Positions 39,046 through 50,645 of a DNA stretch of 63,135 nt are shown here, piece after piece (the stretch's first letter is position 1; each line of letters opens with the position of its first letter). Origin of the DNA: Chloroflexota bacterium (GTDB taxonomy: Bacteria; Chloroflexota; UBA11872; UBA12225); the NCBI GenBank assembly GCA_016199265.1, contig JACQGX010000088.1, forward strand, positions 1 through 63,135, in the 5' to 3' direction. Below the pieces are notes generated by a model. It was not told where the DNA came from. It saw nothing but the letters and a program-made list of their open reading frames with translations, and did not search any database. Position numbers and translations under genes: made by a program.

Positions 39046-39615
39046 CTACCCCAAGACCGTGATCTTCCTGATCTTATCGCCGATCTTGATGCCGTTGACG
39101 ACGTCCATGCCGTCGGAGACCTGGCCGAAGTTGGTGTAGGTCTTGTTCAGCCATTCGGCCGGCTTGGTGCAGATGAAGAACTGCGAATCGTTGTTGATGC
39201 GGATGTCCTGGCCGCGCGCCACACCGACGGCGCCGACGACAAACGGCTTGTCGTTGAGCTCACTGGGCATCGTGCCGCCGCCGGTGCCGTTGCCGCGCGG
39301 GTCACCGCCCTGCACCACCCAGTCCTCGACGCGGTGGAAGGTCAAGCCGTTGTAGTAGCCCTGGCTCGCCTTCTGCTCGAAATTCTGCACCGTCTTGGGC
39401 GCGGCGTCGGGGAAGAGCTGGATCGTAAACGAGCCGCCCTTCTCGAGCTCGACGACGGCGCGCTTGCCTGAGCCCTTACCGTTCTGGGCGGCGCTACTCT
39501 TCGATTGACCGGGCAGTCCGGGTATGGCGCACGCCGCCGCCAGGGCCGCCAGGGCGCCCGACCCGGTGAGCGCGCCCGCGTGAATTGCTTGGAAAACGAA
39601 TGAACGCCGAAGCAT
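39046..39615 (-). CDS. Secreted cyclophilin-type peptidyl-prolyl isomerase
   Basis: A signal peptide is followed by FTIQLFPDAAPKTVQNFEQKASQGYYNGLTFHRV...GGDP.GNGTGG...SQFFI. Confidence 0.85.
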   Translation of the reverse strand: MLRRSFVFQAIHAGALTGSGALAALAAACAIPGLPGQSKSSAAQNGKGSGKRAVVELEKGGSFTIQLFPDAAPKTVQNFEQKASQGYYNGLTFHRVEDWVVQGGDPRGNGTGGGTMPSELNDKPFVVGAVGVARGQDIRINNDSQFFICTKPAEWLNKTYTNFGQVSDGMDVVNGIKIGDKIRKITVLG

Positions 39616-39622
39616 GGATCGT

Positions 39623-41431
39623 TTATACCAGCGAATCTGCGCTGTCCAGTGCGTCATAGGAGGGTGGTCGCGATTCGTCGAAGCTCGCCCGGCGGACGGC
39701 GGCGCGCTCGGCCAGCGTCAGCGACACGGTGCGTCGTGGTGCGCCGGGGCTGACGATGGTAAGCGGCACGACATCGCCGACGCTGTGTTTGACCATCAGG
39801 CGGCGCAGGTCGTCGAGACCGGTAACGTCCTGGCCATCCATCGCGACGATGATGTCGCCCGGTTGGATTTCCGCGGCGGCCGGCGAATCCGGCGTGACCT
39901 CACGGACGAGCACGCCGCGGCTCACCGGTGCGCCGAGCGTGAGCGCCAGACTGGGCGTCACGTCGGCCACCGAGATGCCGAAGTGCGGCCGCGCGACGCC
40001 GCCCGAAGCGACGATCTGCTCGGCGATCTGCCGCGCCCCTTCGATGGGGATCGAGAACCCAGTCAGGTCCTGGCCGCGGCGGCTGACCCGAATCGCGGTG
40101 TTGATACCGACGACCTGCCCACTGCGGTTGAGCAGTGGCCCGCCGCTGTCGCCGGGGTAGAGCAGCGCATTGGTCGTGATCAGGTTGAACAGCGGATAGT
40201 CCTGGAACGTCTGAATCTCGCCGGCGAGCGAGCGGATCACGCCGGTCTTGGCGCTCGGTGCTCCGGGCAAGAGCGGCGCGTAGCCAAGCGCCAGCACGCG
40301 CTCGCCGAGCGCCAGCGACTGCGCGCTGCCGAGCGGTACGTACGGCAGATTGGGCGCTTCGATCTTCACGACCGCGACGTCGGTCCAATCGTCGGCGCCG
40401 AGCGGCTGGGCGGCCAGGCTGCGCCCGTCGGGCAGCAGCGCCCGCAGCCGGCCTCCCGCGAGCGAGGCCACGACGTGGCTGTTGGTCAGAACGAGCCCAC
40501 TGGGGTCGTAGATGATGCCCGTCCCAAACCCCTGTTGGTTATCGGTCAGCTTGACCACCGCCGGCCGCGCGCGCTCAATCAACTGCCGCAGCGCCGCGAC
40601 TTCGTCCACCGGAAGGCGCGTATTGCTCGCCGGCGGTGCCGCGATCTGCCGCCACGCCGGCTCGGGTTGCATGGCCGGTGCCGGATAGAGGTCGGCTTCC
40701 TTCCCAAGATCGCCGCCGTTGACGACGGTGACGTCGCCCGGCCGCGCGAATGGCGTGGCCACCTTCCAGAGCTGGAATGCGCGCCGCTGCGCCCGCAAGA
40801 CGAGCGCCGGGCCGATATCGGCGACCGGTGCGACCGGCACACCGTTGATCGCGATGGGATCGGGCGCGGTGAGGTACGCAGCGCGCAGCGCCGGATAGCT
40901 GTCCAGCAGCCGCAGACGCTTCTGCACGATCTGGTCGAACGAGAGCGACGCTTCGTCGGTAAACGCCGCCGGCTTGGGAATCAGCCGGTGCGCCGCCAGC
41001 CAATCGTCCTTGCCGGCGGCGCTCAATTCGTCGAACAGATTGACGAAGACGGCGCGGCCCAGGTCGGGCCGCCACTGGAGCACCACTTTTTGTGTCGCCT
41101 GGACGACGAACCCATCCCACATGAATCGCTGCGAGACGGGATACCCCAATACGTCGACGCCGCCGAGGCGCTGGAACTCGGACCACAGCGGGATGCCGCC
41201 TTCGTCGGTGATGCTGTAGCCCTGGTCCCCCGTCCGGCTGGCACCGGTTTCGGTGTAGAAGTGGCCGTTGACGATCTCGAAGTTGCGCTGCACCTCGGAC
41301 GAGGCGCGCTGCGCCAGCGTGGCCGCGGGCGCCTGCGCGAGGAGCGCAGACGCCGCCAGTACGGCGGCGAACAGGAATCGGAAAGACGCTCGGGCGGGGA
41401 GCACCAGGCGGATAGGGATGCTTCGCTGCAT
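39623..41431 (-). CDS. HtrA/DegP-like serine protease with PDZ domain and a ~300-aa N-terminal extra domain
   Basis: Catalytic triad contexts are LTNSHVV, TDVAVVKI and GDSGGPLLN. A PDZ domain (GVLVREVTPDSPAAAEIQPGDIIVAMDG) follows. An N-terminal signal peptide is present. Confidence 0.8.
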   Translation of the reverse strand: MQRSIPIRLVLPARASFRFLFAAVLAASALLAQAPAATLAQRASSEVQRNFEIVNGHFYTETGASRTGDQGYSITDEGGIPLWSEFQRLGGVDVLGYPVSQRFMWDGFVVQATQKVVLQWRPDLGRAVFVNLFDELSAAGKDDWLAAHRLIPKPAAFTDEASLSFDQIVQKRLRLLDSYPALRAAYLTAPDPIAINGVPVAPVADIGPALVLRAQRRAFQLWKVATPFARPGDVTVVNGGDLGKEADLYPAPAMQPEPAWRQIAAPPASNTRLPVDEVAALRQLIERARPAVVKLTDNQQGFGTGIIYDPSGLVLTNSHVVASLAGGRLRALLPDGRSLAAQPLGADDWTDVAVVKIEAPNLPYVPLGSAQSLALGERVLALGYAPLLPGAPSAKTGVIRSLAGEIQTFQDYPLFNLITTNALLYPGDSGGPLLNRSGQVVGINTAIRVSRRGQDLTGFSIPIEGARQIAEQIVASGGVARPHFGISVADVTPSLALTLGAPVSRGVLVREVTPDSPAAAEIQPGDIIVAMDGQDVTGLDDLRRLMVKHSVGDVVPLTIVSPGAPRRTVSLTLAERAAVRRASFDESRPPSYDALDSADSLV

Positions 41432-41547
41432 TGCCGGCGAACCTACGACGCGACGTGCTCGCTTCTCGAGCACGCCCCGATTGACGTGGATACCAATTCA
41501 GTGTATCGCGCCGCGCGCGTGCGTGTTACGCTAACCTGCCGGTACCT

Positions 41548-43107
41548 ATGACAAACGCCGATGTTCCCGACAAGATTCGTGAGCTGCGCGAGCGCAAAGC
41601 CCAAGCGCGCTTCGGCGGCGGATCGAAGCGCATCGAACAGCAACACATCCGCGGCAAATTGACCGCGCGCGAGCGGCTCGACCTCCTGCTCGACGCGGGC
41701 TCCTTCGAGGAGACCGACATGCTCGTCACCCACCGCGCGACCGACTTCGGCCTGGAGGCGCAACGTTACCTGGGCGACGGCGTCGTGACCGGTTGGGGGC
41801 GCATCGACGGGCGGCCAGTGTACGTGTTCTCGCAGGACTTCACCGTCTTCGGCGGCTCGCTTTCGGAGGCCGTCGCCGAAAAGGTCTGCAAGATCATGGA
41901 CATGGCGATGAAGAACGGCGCCCCGGTGATTGGGCTCAACGATTCGGGCGGCGCGCGCATCCAGGAGGGCGTCGTCTCACTCGGCGGGTACGCCGACATC
42001 TTCCTGCGCAACACGCTCGCCTCGGGCGTCATCCCGCAGATTTCGGCCATTCTCGGACCATGTGCCGGCGGCGCGGTCTACTCGCCGGCGATCACCGACT
42101 TCGTGCTGATGGTCGAGCGGACGAGCTACATGTTCGTCACCGGACCCAACATCGTGAAGTCGGTGACACACGAGGACGTCGACTTCGAACAGTTGGGCGG
42201 CGCCGAGGTCCACAACACCACGAGTGGCGTGGCGCACTTCCTGGCGGCGACCGAGCCCGAGTGCCTCGATCTGATCCGCCGTCTCATGTCATACCTGCCC
42301 TCGAACAACGTCGACGATCCGCCGTACGTCGACACCGGCGACTTGCCGCTGCGCGAAGACGCCGAGCTCGTGACGCTCGTCCCGGAGCAGCCGAACAAGC
42401 CATACGACATGCGCGACGTGATCCGGCGCATCGTCGACCGCGACACCTTCCTCGAGGTGCAGGCGCTCTACGCGCAGAACATCATCGTCGGCTTCGCCCG
42501 GCTCAACGGCCATTCGGCCGGCATCGTCGCGCAGCAACCCGCCGTGCTGGCAGGCGTGCTCGACATCAACTCGTCGGACAAAGCGGCGCGCTTCGTGCGC
42601 TTTTGCGACTGCTTCAATATCCCCATCTTGACGTTTGTCGACGTGCCGGGCTTTCTGCCGGGGGTAGGACAGGAACACGGCGGCATCATCCGCCACGGGG
42701 CCAAGCTGCTCTACGCCTACTGCGAGGCGACGGTGCCCAAGCTCACGGTGATCACGCGCAAGGCGTACGGCGGCGCCTATGACGTCATGAGCTCGAAGCA
42801 CATCCGCGGCGACGTCAACTACGCCTGGCCAACCGCCGAGATCGCGGTGATGGGCGCCGAAGGCGCCGTGCCGCTCATCTTCCGCGACGAGATCGCCCAA
42901 TCGCCCGACCGCGAAGCAACCCGCACCCGCCTGGTTGAGGAGTATCGCCAGAAGTTCGCCAACCCATACATCGCGGCCGCGCGCGGTTACGTCGACGACA
43001 TCATCGAACCGCGCCAGACTCGGCGCAAGCTGATCTCTGCGCTGGAGATGCTGAAGAACAAGCGCGACTCCAACCCACCCAAGAAACACGGCAACATACC
43101 CTTGTAG
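41548..43107 (+). CDS. pccB: Propionyl-CoA carboxylase beta chain / acyl-CoA carboxyltransferase
   Basis: Family segments are present: [26 protein letters not shown]...GGSLSEA...[11 protein letters not shown]...AYGGAYDVM. Confidence 0.9.
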   Translation: MTNADVPDKIRELRERKAQARFGGGSKRIEQQHIRGKLTARERLDLLLDAGSFEETDMLVTHRATDFGLEAQRYLGDGVVTGWGRIDGRPVYVFSQDFTVFGGSLSEAVAEKVCKIMDMAMKNGAPVIGLNDSGGARIQEGVVSLGGYADIFLRNTLASGVIPQISAILGPCAGGAVYSPAITDFVLMVERTSYMFVTGPNIVKSVTHEDVDFEQLGGAEVHNTTSGVAHFLAATEPECLDLIRRLMSYLPSNNVDDPPYVDTGDLPLREDAELVTLVPEQPNKPYDMRDVIRRIVDRDTFLEVQALYAQNIIVGFARLNGHSAGIVAQQPAVLAGVLDINSSDKAARFVRFCDCFNIPILTFVDVPGFLPGVGQEHGGIIRHGAKLLYAYCEATVPKLTVITRKAYGGAYDVMSSKHIRGDVNYAWPTAEIAVMGAEGAVPLIFRDEIAQSPDREATRTRLVEEYRQKFANPYIAAARGYVDDIIEPRQTRRKLISALEMLKNKRDSNPPKKHGNIPL

Positions 43108-43114
43108 ACAGGCA

Positions 43115-44728
43115 ATGTTCAAGCGGGTGCTCGTCGCCAATCGGGGCGAAATCGCGGTACGGATCATTCGGGCCATTCACGAGCTTGGCGCCGAAGCCGT
43201 CGCCGTCTATTCCGAGGCCGATCGCGCGGCGCTGCACGTCCGGCTGGCCGATTGCGCGTATCCGATTGGTCCCGCGCCGGCTGCGCAGAGCTATCTGAAC
43301 GTGCCGGCGATCCTGGCGGCTGCGCGCCGGGGTGGTGCCGAGGCGGTCCATCCGGGGTACGGCTTCTTGTCGGAAAACCCGGCGTTCGCGCGAGCGTGCG
43401 CCGATGCCGGGATCGTCTTCGTCGGGCCGTCGCCGGAGGCGATGGCGCTGATGGGCGACAAGGTGGAAGCGCGCCGGGCCGCCGTGGCGGCCGGTGTGCC
43501 GGTGGTGCCGGGCACGACCGAGCCGGTGCGCGACGACGCGAGCGCGGCGGCGGCCGCCACGGACATTGGCTATCCCTTGCTCATCAAGGCGGCGGCCGGA
43601 GGTGGTGGCAAAGGCATGCGCGCGGTGCGTACGCCCGAGGACCTGCGGCCGGCGCTGGCCCAGGCACGCAGCGAGGCGGTCGCGTCCTTTGGCGACGGCA
43701 GCGTCTATCTCGAGAAGCTGATCGTGCGGCCCCGCCACATCGAGGTGCAGCTCTTCGGCAACGGAAAGGGCCGAGTCGTCCACCTTGGCGAGCGCGAGTG
43801 CAGCCTGCAGCGGCGCTACCAGAAGGTCGTCGAGGAGGCCCCCGCGCCGCACCTGCCCGACGACGTGCGGCGCCGGCTCTGGGCGGCGGCCGTATCGGCT
43901 GCCGAGGCGGTGAAGTACGCCGGCGCCGGCACGATCGAGTTCCTCTTCGAGCCGTCGACGCAGCAGGTCCATTTCCTAGAGATGAACGCCCGCCTCCAGG
44001 TGGAGCATCCCGTCACCGAAGCCGTGACCGGCGTCGACCTGGTCAAAGCGCAGTTCCGCCTCGCGGCCGGCGCATCGCTCGAGGCGGCGTTGGGGAGCGC
44101 GTCCGAAGTCCAAAGTCCAAAGCATGCCCTGAGCGCAGCCGAAGGGTCCAAAGTCGGTGCCCGGCGCGATGACGACCTTGGGCTTTGGACTCCGGACGTT
44201 GGACTCCATGCTATCGAGGCGCGCATCTACGCCGAGGACCCGGACAACAACTGGTTCCCGTCGACCGGTACGCTGCGCCTCGTGCGCGAGCCGGGCGGCC
44301 CGGGCATCCGCGTCGACAGCGGGTGCGAATCCGGGCAAGAGGTCACCGTCCACTACGACCCGCTTCTGGCGAAGCTGATCGCCTGGGGGAGCACGCGGGC
44401 AGAGGCACTCGACCGCCTGCGGCGCGCGGTCGACGAATACGTCCTGACCGGCGTGCGCACGACGCTGCCGTTCCATCGCTGGCTGGTGCGAGACGAAGCG
44501 TTTCTTGGCGCCGAGCTCTCGACCGGCTTCATTGCCGAGCGCTGGCCGGCGGCGCCGTCCGGCGCGGCCGTATCCGGCGAGCGCGTGCGCGCCGCGGCGC
44601 TCGTCGCCGCTCACGCGTTTGCCGCGCGCCGGCACGCGGCCGCGCCGACGATTCAAACGGATGCGGCGGCGCCCGGCTCGACCGGTAGTGAGTGGCGCCG
44701 TGTGGCCCGTCGGGAAGCGCTGCGGTGA
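43115..44728 (+). CDS. accC: Biotin carboxylase subunit of acyl-CoA carboxylase, carrying an in-frame hairpin-repeat insertion
   Basis: The protein begins MFKRVLVANRGEIAVRIIRA and contains GYGFLSENP, KAAAGGGGKGMR, EMNARLQVEHPVTE and EARIYAEDP. Confidence 0.9.
   Translation: MFKRVLVANRGEIAVRIIRAIHELGAEAVAVYSEADRAALHVRLADCAYPIGPAPAAQSYLNVPAILAAARRGGAEAVHPGYGFLSENPAFARACADAGIVFVGPSPEAMALMGDKVEARRAAVAAGVPVVPGTTEPVRDDASAAAAATDIGYPLLIKAAAGGGGKGMRAVRTPEDLRPALAQARSEAVASFGDGSVYLEKLIVRPRHIEVQLFGNGKGRVVHLGERECSLQRRYQKVVEEAPAPHLPDDVRRRLWAAAVSAAEAVKYAGAGTIEFLFEPSTQQVHFLEMNARLQVEHPVTEAVTGVDLVKAQFRLAAGASLEAALGSASEVQSPKHALSAAEGSKVGARRDDDLGLWTPDVGLHAIEARIYAEDPDNNWFPSTGTLRLVREPGGPGIRVDSGCESGQEVTVHYDPLLAKLIAWGSTRAEALDRLRRAVDEYVLTGVRTTLPFHRWLVRDEAFLGAELSTGFIAERWPAAPSGAAVSGERVRAAALVAAHAFAARRHAAAPTIQTDAAAPGSTGSEWRRVARREALR
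44101..44205. repeat. Intragenic GTCCAAAG-flavour hairpin element inside accC (105 nt, in frame)
   Basis: The left arm gtccgaagtccaaagtccaaagc pairs with gctttggactccggacgttggac. The element is translated as SEVQSPKHALSAAEGSKVGARRDDDLGLWTPDVG between conserved AAG... and HAIEARIYAEDP. Confidence 0.85.
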
Positions 44729-45264
44729 AAGTGGCGGTGCGCGTCCTCGATCGGCAACTTGTGATCGAGCTACCGGACGAACCGGGTACGCCGGGTGCGC
44801 CGGATGCGCCAGCGCTGATCGATCGAATACCTATAGCAGGTGACTTGGTGACGGTGCGCCCGGGGCTCTACAGCCTGGTGGTCGACGGCCGCTCGTACGA
44901 AGTCGCCGTCGAGGCGTTGCCGGACGATGCCCGGTCACTGGTGGTGACCGTCGACGGGACGGCGCTGCCGGTCGAGGTCGAAGACGAGCGGCAGCGTGCG
45001 CGTCGTGCCGCCGAGCAGGCACGCGGCGTGACCGCCGGCCGGATATCCACGGCAACCATCGTCGCACCGATGCCGGGGCGCGTCGTCTCGGTGCTCGCTG
45101 CGCCGGGCGATACCGTCGAGCGCGGGCAAACGATCGTGACCCTGGAAGCGATGAAGATGGAGAGCAGCCTCACGGCGCCGCACACCGGTACGGTGACCGA
45201 GGTGCTCGTCACCGCCGGCCAGACGGTGCAGCAACGCCAGCCGCTGGTACGGATCGAAGGCTAG
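44725..45264 (+). CDS. Biotin carboxyl carrier protein (biotinyl domain)
   Basis: The biotinylation motif is LEAMKMES. The GTG at 44725 overlaps the accC stop (GTGA). Confidence 0.8.
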   Translation: MKVAVRVLDRQLVIELPDEPGTPGAPDAPALIDRIPIAGDLVTVRPGLYSLVVDGRSYEVAVEALPDDARSLVVTVDGTALPVEVEDERQRARRAAEQARGVTAGRISTATIVAPMPGRVVSVLAAPGDTVERGQTIVTLEAMKMESSLTAPHTGTVTEVLVTAGQTVQQRQPLVRIEG

Positions 45265-45302
45265 GCGGCCACAGAGCCGCTATACTAGCGCGCCGCCGCC
45301 TT

Positions 45303-46769
45303 ATGCTCCGACTCTGGCCGCCCGCGTTCCGCGCTTCACACTCCACAGACGCACCGCCCGCACTGCCGCGCGCGGTGCTTCCGGCACTACACCGGCGACA
45401 TCTGCTTCGCCTGGCAGGAAGCGTCGCGTCCACCCGCCTGGTCGCATCCGCCGCGCGACCGTTGCTCGCCGACGGTTCGCCGTCATCCGCCGTGGCGGCC
45501 GACTCGGTGCCCAGCGACTATGTAGGCTACGCCCTCGTGCCCCGCTTTTTCCCGGAAACCGGCCACAACGTCGACGGCGAGTTCCTGGCGTACGTACGCC
45601 ACAACGGCGGCGCCGGCGAATTCGGTTACCCGGTGACCGAAGAATTCTGGGAGCCATCCGGCGCCAGCGCTGCCGGACGGATGGTGCAGTATTTTCAGCG
45701 CGCGCGGCTCGAGTGCGACCTCGTGACCAAACGGGTCACGCGCAGTCCGCTCGGCGAGCTGCTCGTTCGCCCGCAGCCGGCGGTGTCACCCGCGCCGGAA
45801 GCGCGCTTCTTCACCGAGACGGGGCACAACGTGATGAACGCATTCCTGCGGCACTTCGAGACAGCCGGCGGCGTCGAGGTGTTGGGGTACCCCATCTCGG
45901 AGGAGGTCGAGGAAAACGAGCACGTCGTGCAGTGGTTCGAGTATGTGAGGCTGGAGTGGTGGCCGGAACACCCGCCGGCGCACCGCGTGCAGCTCGGGCT
46001 GCTCGGAGACGAGCACTTACGGCGCACGGCGCAGCAGGTCCCCGCGGCGGCGGTGCGCCGGGCGGCGCCGCTCGAACCCGTGCGCGAGTGGATCCTCCCG
46101 CCGCCCCAGCCCCCACCGGCCCGGCCGCAACCGCCGTTGCTCGTGCCGATCCTCTACTACCACCACGTGCCCAGCCAGCAGCCCTTGCGCACGCAGATTC
46201 GGGCATTCAAGCGCGCGGGGCGCACGATCGTCCCGTTGGGGCGAGTCGTCGACGCCGTGCGCGGCGAAGCGACGCTTCCGCCCGATCCGCTGGTGCTCAC
46301 GTTCGACGATGCCTGGGAGTCGCAGTTCCAGAACGCGGCGCCGGTGCTCCAGGCAGAGGACGTCCCGGCGACATTCTTCGTGATTACGCGCTATCTGAGC
46401 GCACTCGCCGGCTACATGACGTGGGACCAGGCGCGTATGCTCAAGGAACGGGGGCACGAGGTCGAGTCGCACTCCCATAACCATCCCCGTCTCGATACGC
46501 TTTACGCAGCGGACGAAGGTGCGGCGGTCGCGGAAATCTGGGAATCGCTGGCGGTGCTGGAGAGCCGGCTCGGGCGCTCACGACGTCTCTTCGCGTACCC
46601 AGATGGCCGGTGGGACGACGCGGTGGTCTCGATAGTTGCGAGAATTTACCGTGGCGCGGTCGCCACGGGCGGCGGTGCGCTGCAAACGCAGGATCTGATG
46701 TACGCGCTCCGGCGCATCAAAGCCGAGCCATCGTACGCCGCAGCGAGTCTGCTGAAACAAATGGTGTAA
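45303..46769 (+). CDS. Secreted polysaccharide deacetylase (NodB domain) with N-terminal duplicated FxETGHNV modules
   Basis: A twin-Arg-like signal (RRHLLRLAGS) is present. The FPETGHNV...GYPVTEE module occurs twice. NodB motifs are LTFDDAW and HSHNHP. Confidence 0.8.
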   Translation: MLRLWPPAFRASHSTDAPPALPRAVLPALHRRHLLRLAGSVASTRLVASAARPLLADGSPSSAVAADSVPSDYVGYALVPRFFPETGHNVDGEFLAYVRHNGGAGEFGYPVTEEFWEPSGASAAGRMVQYFQRARLECDLVTKRVTRSPLGELLVRPQPAVSPAPEARFFTETGHNVMNAFLRHFETAGGVEVLGYPISEEVEENEHVVQWFEYVRLEWWPEHPPAHRVQLGLLGDEHLRRTAQQVPAAAVRRAAPLEPVREWILPPPQPPPARPQPPLLVPILYYHHVPSQQPLRTQIRAFKRAGRTIVPLGRVVDAVRGEATLPPDPLVLTFDDAWESQFQNAAPVLQAEDVPATFFVITRYLSALAGYMTWDQARMLKERGHEVESHSHNHPRLDTLYAADEGAAVAEIWESLAVLESRLGRSRRLFAYPDGRWDDAVVSIVARIYRGAVATGGGALQTQDLMYALRRIKAEPSYAAASLLKQMV

Positions 46770-46872
46770 GCATTCGGGCCTCGGCGGGCACCGCCGCGAC
46801 GTGAAAAGACACAATCACCCGGCCCGTCGGTGCAGCGGTGCGCCAGTCTGAGAGCAGTTCAGGAGTTCAATC

Positions 46873-48225
46873 ATGAGTGTGACAGCCGTCGTCGGCTGTG
46901 GGTGGGGTGACGAAGGAAAAGGCAAGATCGTCGACGCGCTGGCCAGCGCGCGTGGTGCGAAGCTGGTTATCCGCTTCAACGGCGGCCCCAACGCCGGCCA
47001 CACCGTCGTGCCGGAGGTCGACGGCGGCGCCGCGAGCGCGCCGCGCTGGAATCGGGTCGTGTTCCGGCTCCATCAAGTGCCGTCCGGGGTGTTCACTCCC
47101 GGCTGCGTCTGCGTCTGTGGCCCGGGCACGGTGATCGATCCGGACGGATTTCTGGCAGAGATCGCCGAACTGGAGGCACACGGCGTCGACACCGAGCGCG
47201 TGTTGCTATCCGATCGCGCGCACGTCGTGCTGCCTGTCCACCGCCAGCGCGACCGGCTGCTCGAAGCGGCGCGCGAAGGGCTGGCGCAGGGGACGACGCT
47301 GCGCGGCGTCGGCCCGGCTTACGAAGACAAGGTGGCGCGTATCGGCCTGCGCCTAGGCGATCTTCTCGACCGCGAATACCTGCGTGAGTATCTCCCCTTC
47401 TTCGCCGACGAACAGTCGCGCCGGCTGGCCGGGCTCGGGGGCGAGCCGGTCGGTCTGCAAGAACTGCTGGAGCTCTGCGACCGCTGGGCCGACCGGATCG
47501 GCAATCGGATCGTCGACAGCTACCCGATCGTCCGTGATGCGCTGCACGAAGGCGGACCGATTATCCTGGAAGGACAGCTCGGCGCCGGCCGGGACATCGA
47601 CTGGGGCATCTACCCTTACGTCACATCGTCGGGCGCCACGACCGGCGCGGCGGCGACGGGATCGGGGGTGCCGGCGACGGCGATCCGAGAGGTCGTCGGG
47701 GTCGTCAAGGCGTTTGCCACCTCGGTCGGCGGCGGACCGCTGGTGACCGAATTGTTCGGCGCGGAAGCCGAGCGGCTGCGGACCGCCGGCGGCGCTGAAA
47801 CCGAGCACGAATACGGCGCCACGACGGGGCGTGCGCGGCGCTGCGGCTGGTTTGATGCCGTCGCCGCCCGCCAAGCCGCGGCGATCAACGGCTGCACCGC
47901 GATGGCCGTGACCAAGCTCGACGCGCTCGACGGCCTCCCCGAAGTGAAGATAGCGACGGCGTACGAGCTCGACGGGCAGATGCTCGACCACGTGCCGAGC
48001 AACACGCGTCGTCTGGCCCATGCGGAGCCGGTGTATGAAACACTGCCCGGCTGGACGGCCCCATCCCGGGAGATTCGCGAATGGGATCGACTGCCCGAGG
48101 CCGCGCGCGCCTACGCCGGCCGGATCGAAGCGCTCGTCGGCGTGCCCGTTGTGTACGCCGGCACCGGGCCATCGCGGCCGGAGATGGCCGAAAGAGGCGC
48201 GCAAGAGGAGCGCGCAGCCAGGTAG
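46873..48225 (+). CDS. purA: Adenylosuccinate synthase
   Basis: Family motifs are present: VVGCGWGDEGKGKIVD, FNGGPNAGHTVV, GTTLRGVGPAYEDK and TKLDAL. Confidence 0.9.
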   Translation: MSVTAVVGCGWGDEGKGKIVDALASARGAKLVIRFNGGPNAGHTVVPEVDGGAASAPRWNRVVFRLHQVPSGVFTPGCVCVCGPGTVIDPDGFLAEIAELEAHGVDTERVLLSDRAHVVLPVHRQRDRLLEAAREGLAQGTTLRGVGPAYEDKVARIGLRLGDLLDREYLREYLPFFADEQSRRLAGLGGEPVGLQELLELCDRWADRIGNRIVDSYPIVRDALHEGGPIILEGQLGAGRDIDWGIYPYVTSSGATTGAAATGSGVPATAIREVVGVVKAFATSVGGGPLVTELFGAEAERLRTAGGAETEHEYGATTGRARRCGWFDAVAARQAAAINGCTAMAVTKLDALDGLPEVKIATAYELDGQMLDHVPSNTRRLAHAEPVYETLPGWTAPSREIREWDRLPEAARAYAGRIEALVGVPVVYAGTGPSRPEMAERGAQEERAAR

Positions 48226-48261
48226 CATTTGAGCGGAAGGAAGAAAGAGAGGAATAGCGTT

Positions 48262-49250
48262 ATGCCACTGGTTCCTATGAAGATCGTCCTGGACGAGGCC
48301 GAGCGCGGCGGCTACGGCGTCGGCGCGTTCAACGTCAACAACATGGAACAGATCCAGGCGATCATGCGTGCGGCGAGCGAAGTGCGGTCGCCGGTGATCA
48401 TCCAGGCGTCGCGCGGCGCGCTGCGCTACACCAACATGGTCTACCTGCGCCACCTCATGCATGCGGCCGTCGAGGACAATCGCGATATCAAGATCGTGAT
48501 GCACCTCGACCACGGCAACGACCTCGACATCGTCAAGCAGGCGATCGACCTCGGCTTCACCTCGGTGATGATCGACGGCTCGCTCGAGCCCGACGGGAAG
48601 ACACCGCGGTCGTTTGAGAGTAACGTCGAGATGACGCGCAAAGCGGTCGAGATCGCGCACCCGTACGGCGTGACCGTCGAGGGCGAGCTCGGCACGCTGG
48701 GCGGCATCGAAGAGCACGTCCAGGCCAGCCGCGTTATCTTGACCAATCCGGAAGAGGCGGTGGAGTTCGTCAAAGCCACCGGCGTCGACGCGCTCGCGGT
48801 CGCGATCGGCACCTCCCACGGCGCGTACAAGTTCAAACAGACGCCGATGCTGGCGCTCGACCGCGTCGAGAAGATCCATCGGCTCGTGCCTCACGTACGC
48901 CTGGTGATGCACGGCTCGTCGAGCGTGCCGCAGGAGCTGATCGCAGAGATCAATCGGTACGGCGGCAGCATGCCGAACGCGATGGGCGTCCCCGTCGAGC
49001 AGATCCAGGACGGCATCCGGCGCGGCATCCGCAAGATCAACGTCGACACCGACACGCGCTTGGCCGCAACGGCGACGATCCGACGCATCTTCCACGAGGA
49101 GCCGGCCGTCTTCGACCCGCGAGAGTACCTCGGTCCGGCGCGCGACGCGATCTACCGCGTGGTCAAGGCGCGTATGGAGGCGTTCGGCTCGGCCGGGCAC
49201 AACGACGACTACGCACCGACGACGCTGGAGGAGGCGAGACGCTTGTACAA

Positions 49251-49254
<4 letters not shown>
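48262..49254 (+). CDS. fba: Class II fructose-1,6-bisphosphate aldolase
   Basis: Family segments are present: GYGVGAFNVNNMEQIQAIMRAASEVRSPVIIQASRGA...HLDHG...GTSHGAYKF. The ATG at 48262 follows GAGAGGA. Confidence 0.9.
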
Positions 49255-50379
<1,125 letters not shown>

Positions 50380-50645
50380 CGTCGTTTGCCTGGAATGTAC
50401 GCACTCTTCGTGAACGCTCTCCGGCAGCGTACACGGCGGCGTAGCGGTCATACGCCCGTATAGAGTTTCTACCCATCCTATGCGCTTTGTCGAGTTCGAC
50501 CACCTGCGGTACCGGGTCTCTTTGGATACGCTGGACACGCTTCGTCCGTCACGCCGCGCTGCCTTCGTCCCCTGCACGTCACGTGCCGGGGGCGGCCGTC
50601 CCATTTCCCCGGCGTCCGACGTACAAGATACGATGAGGGACGGCG

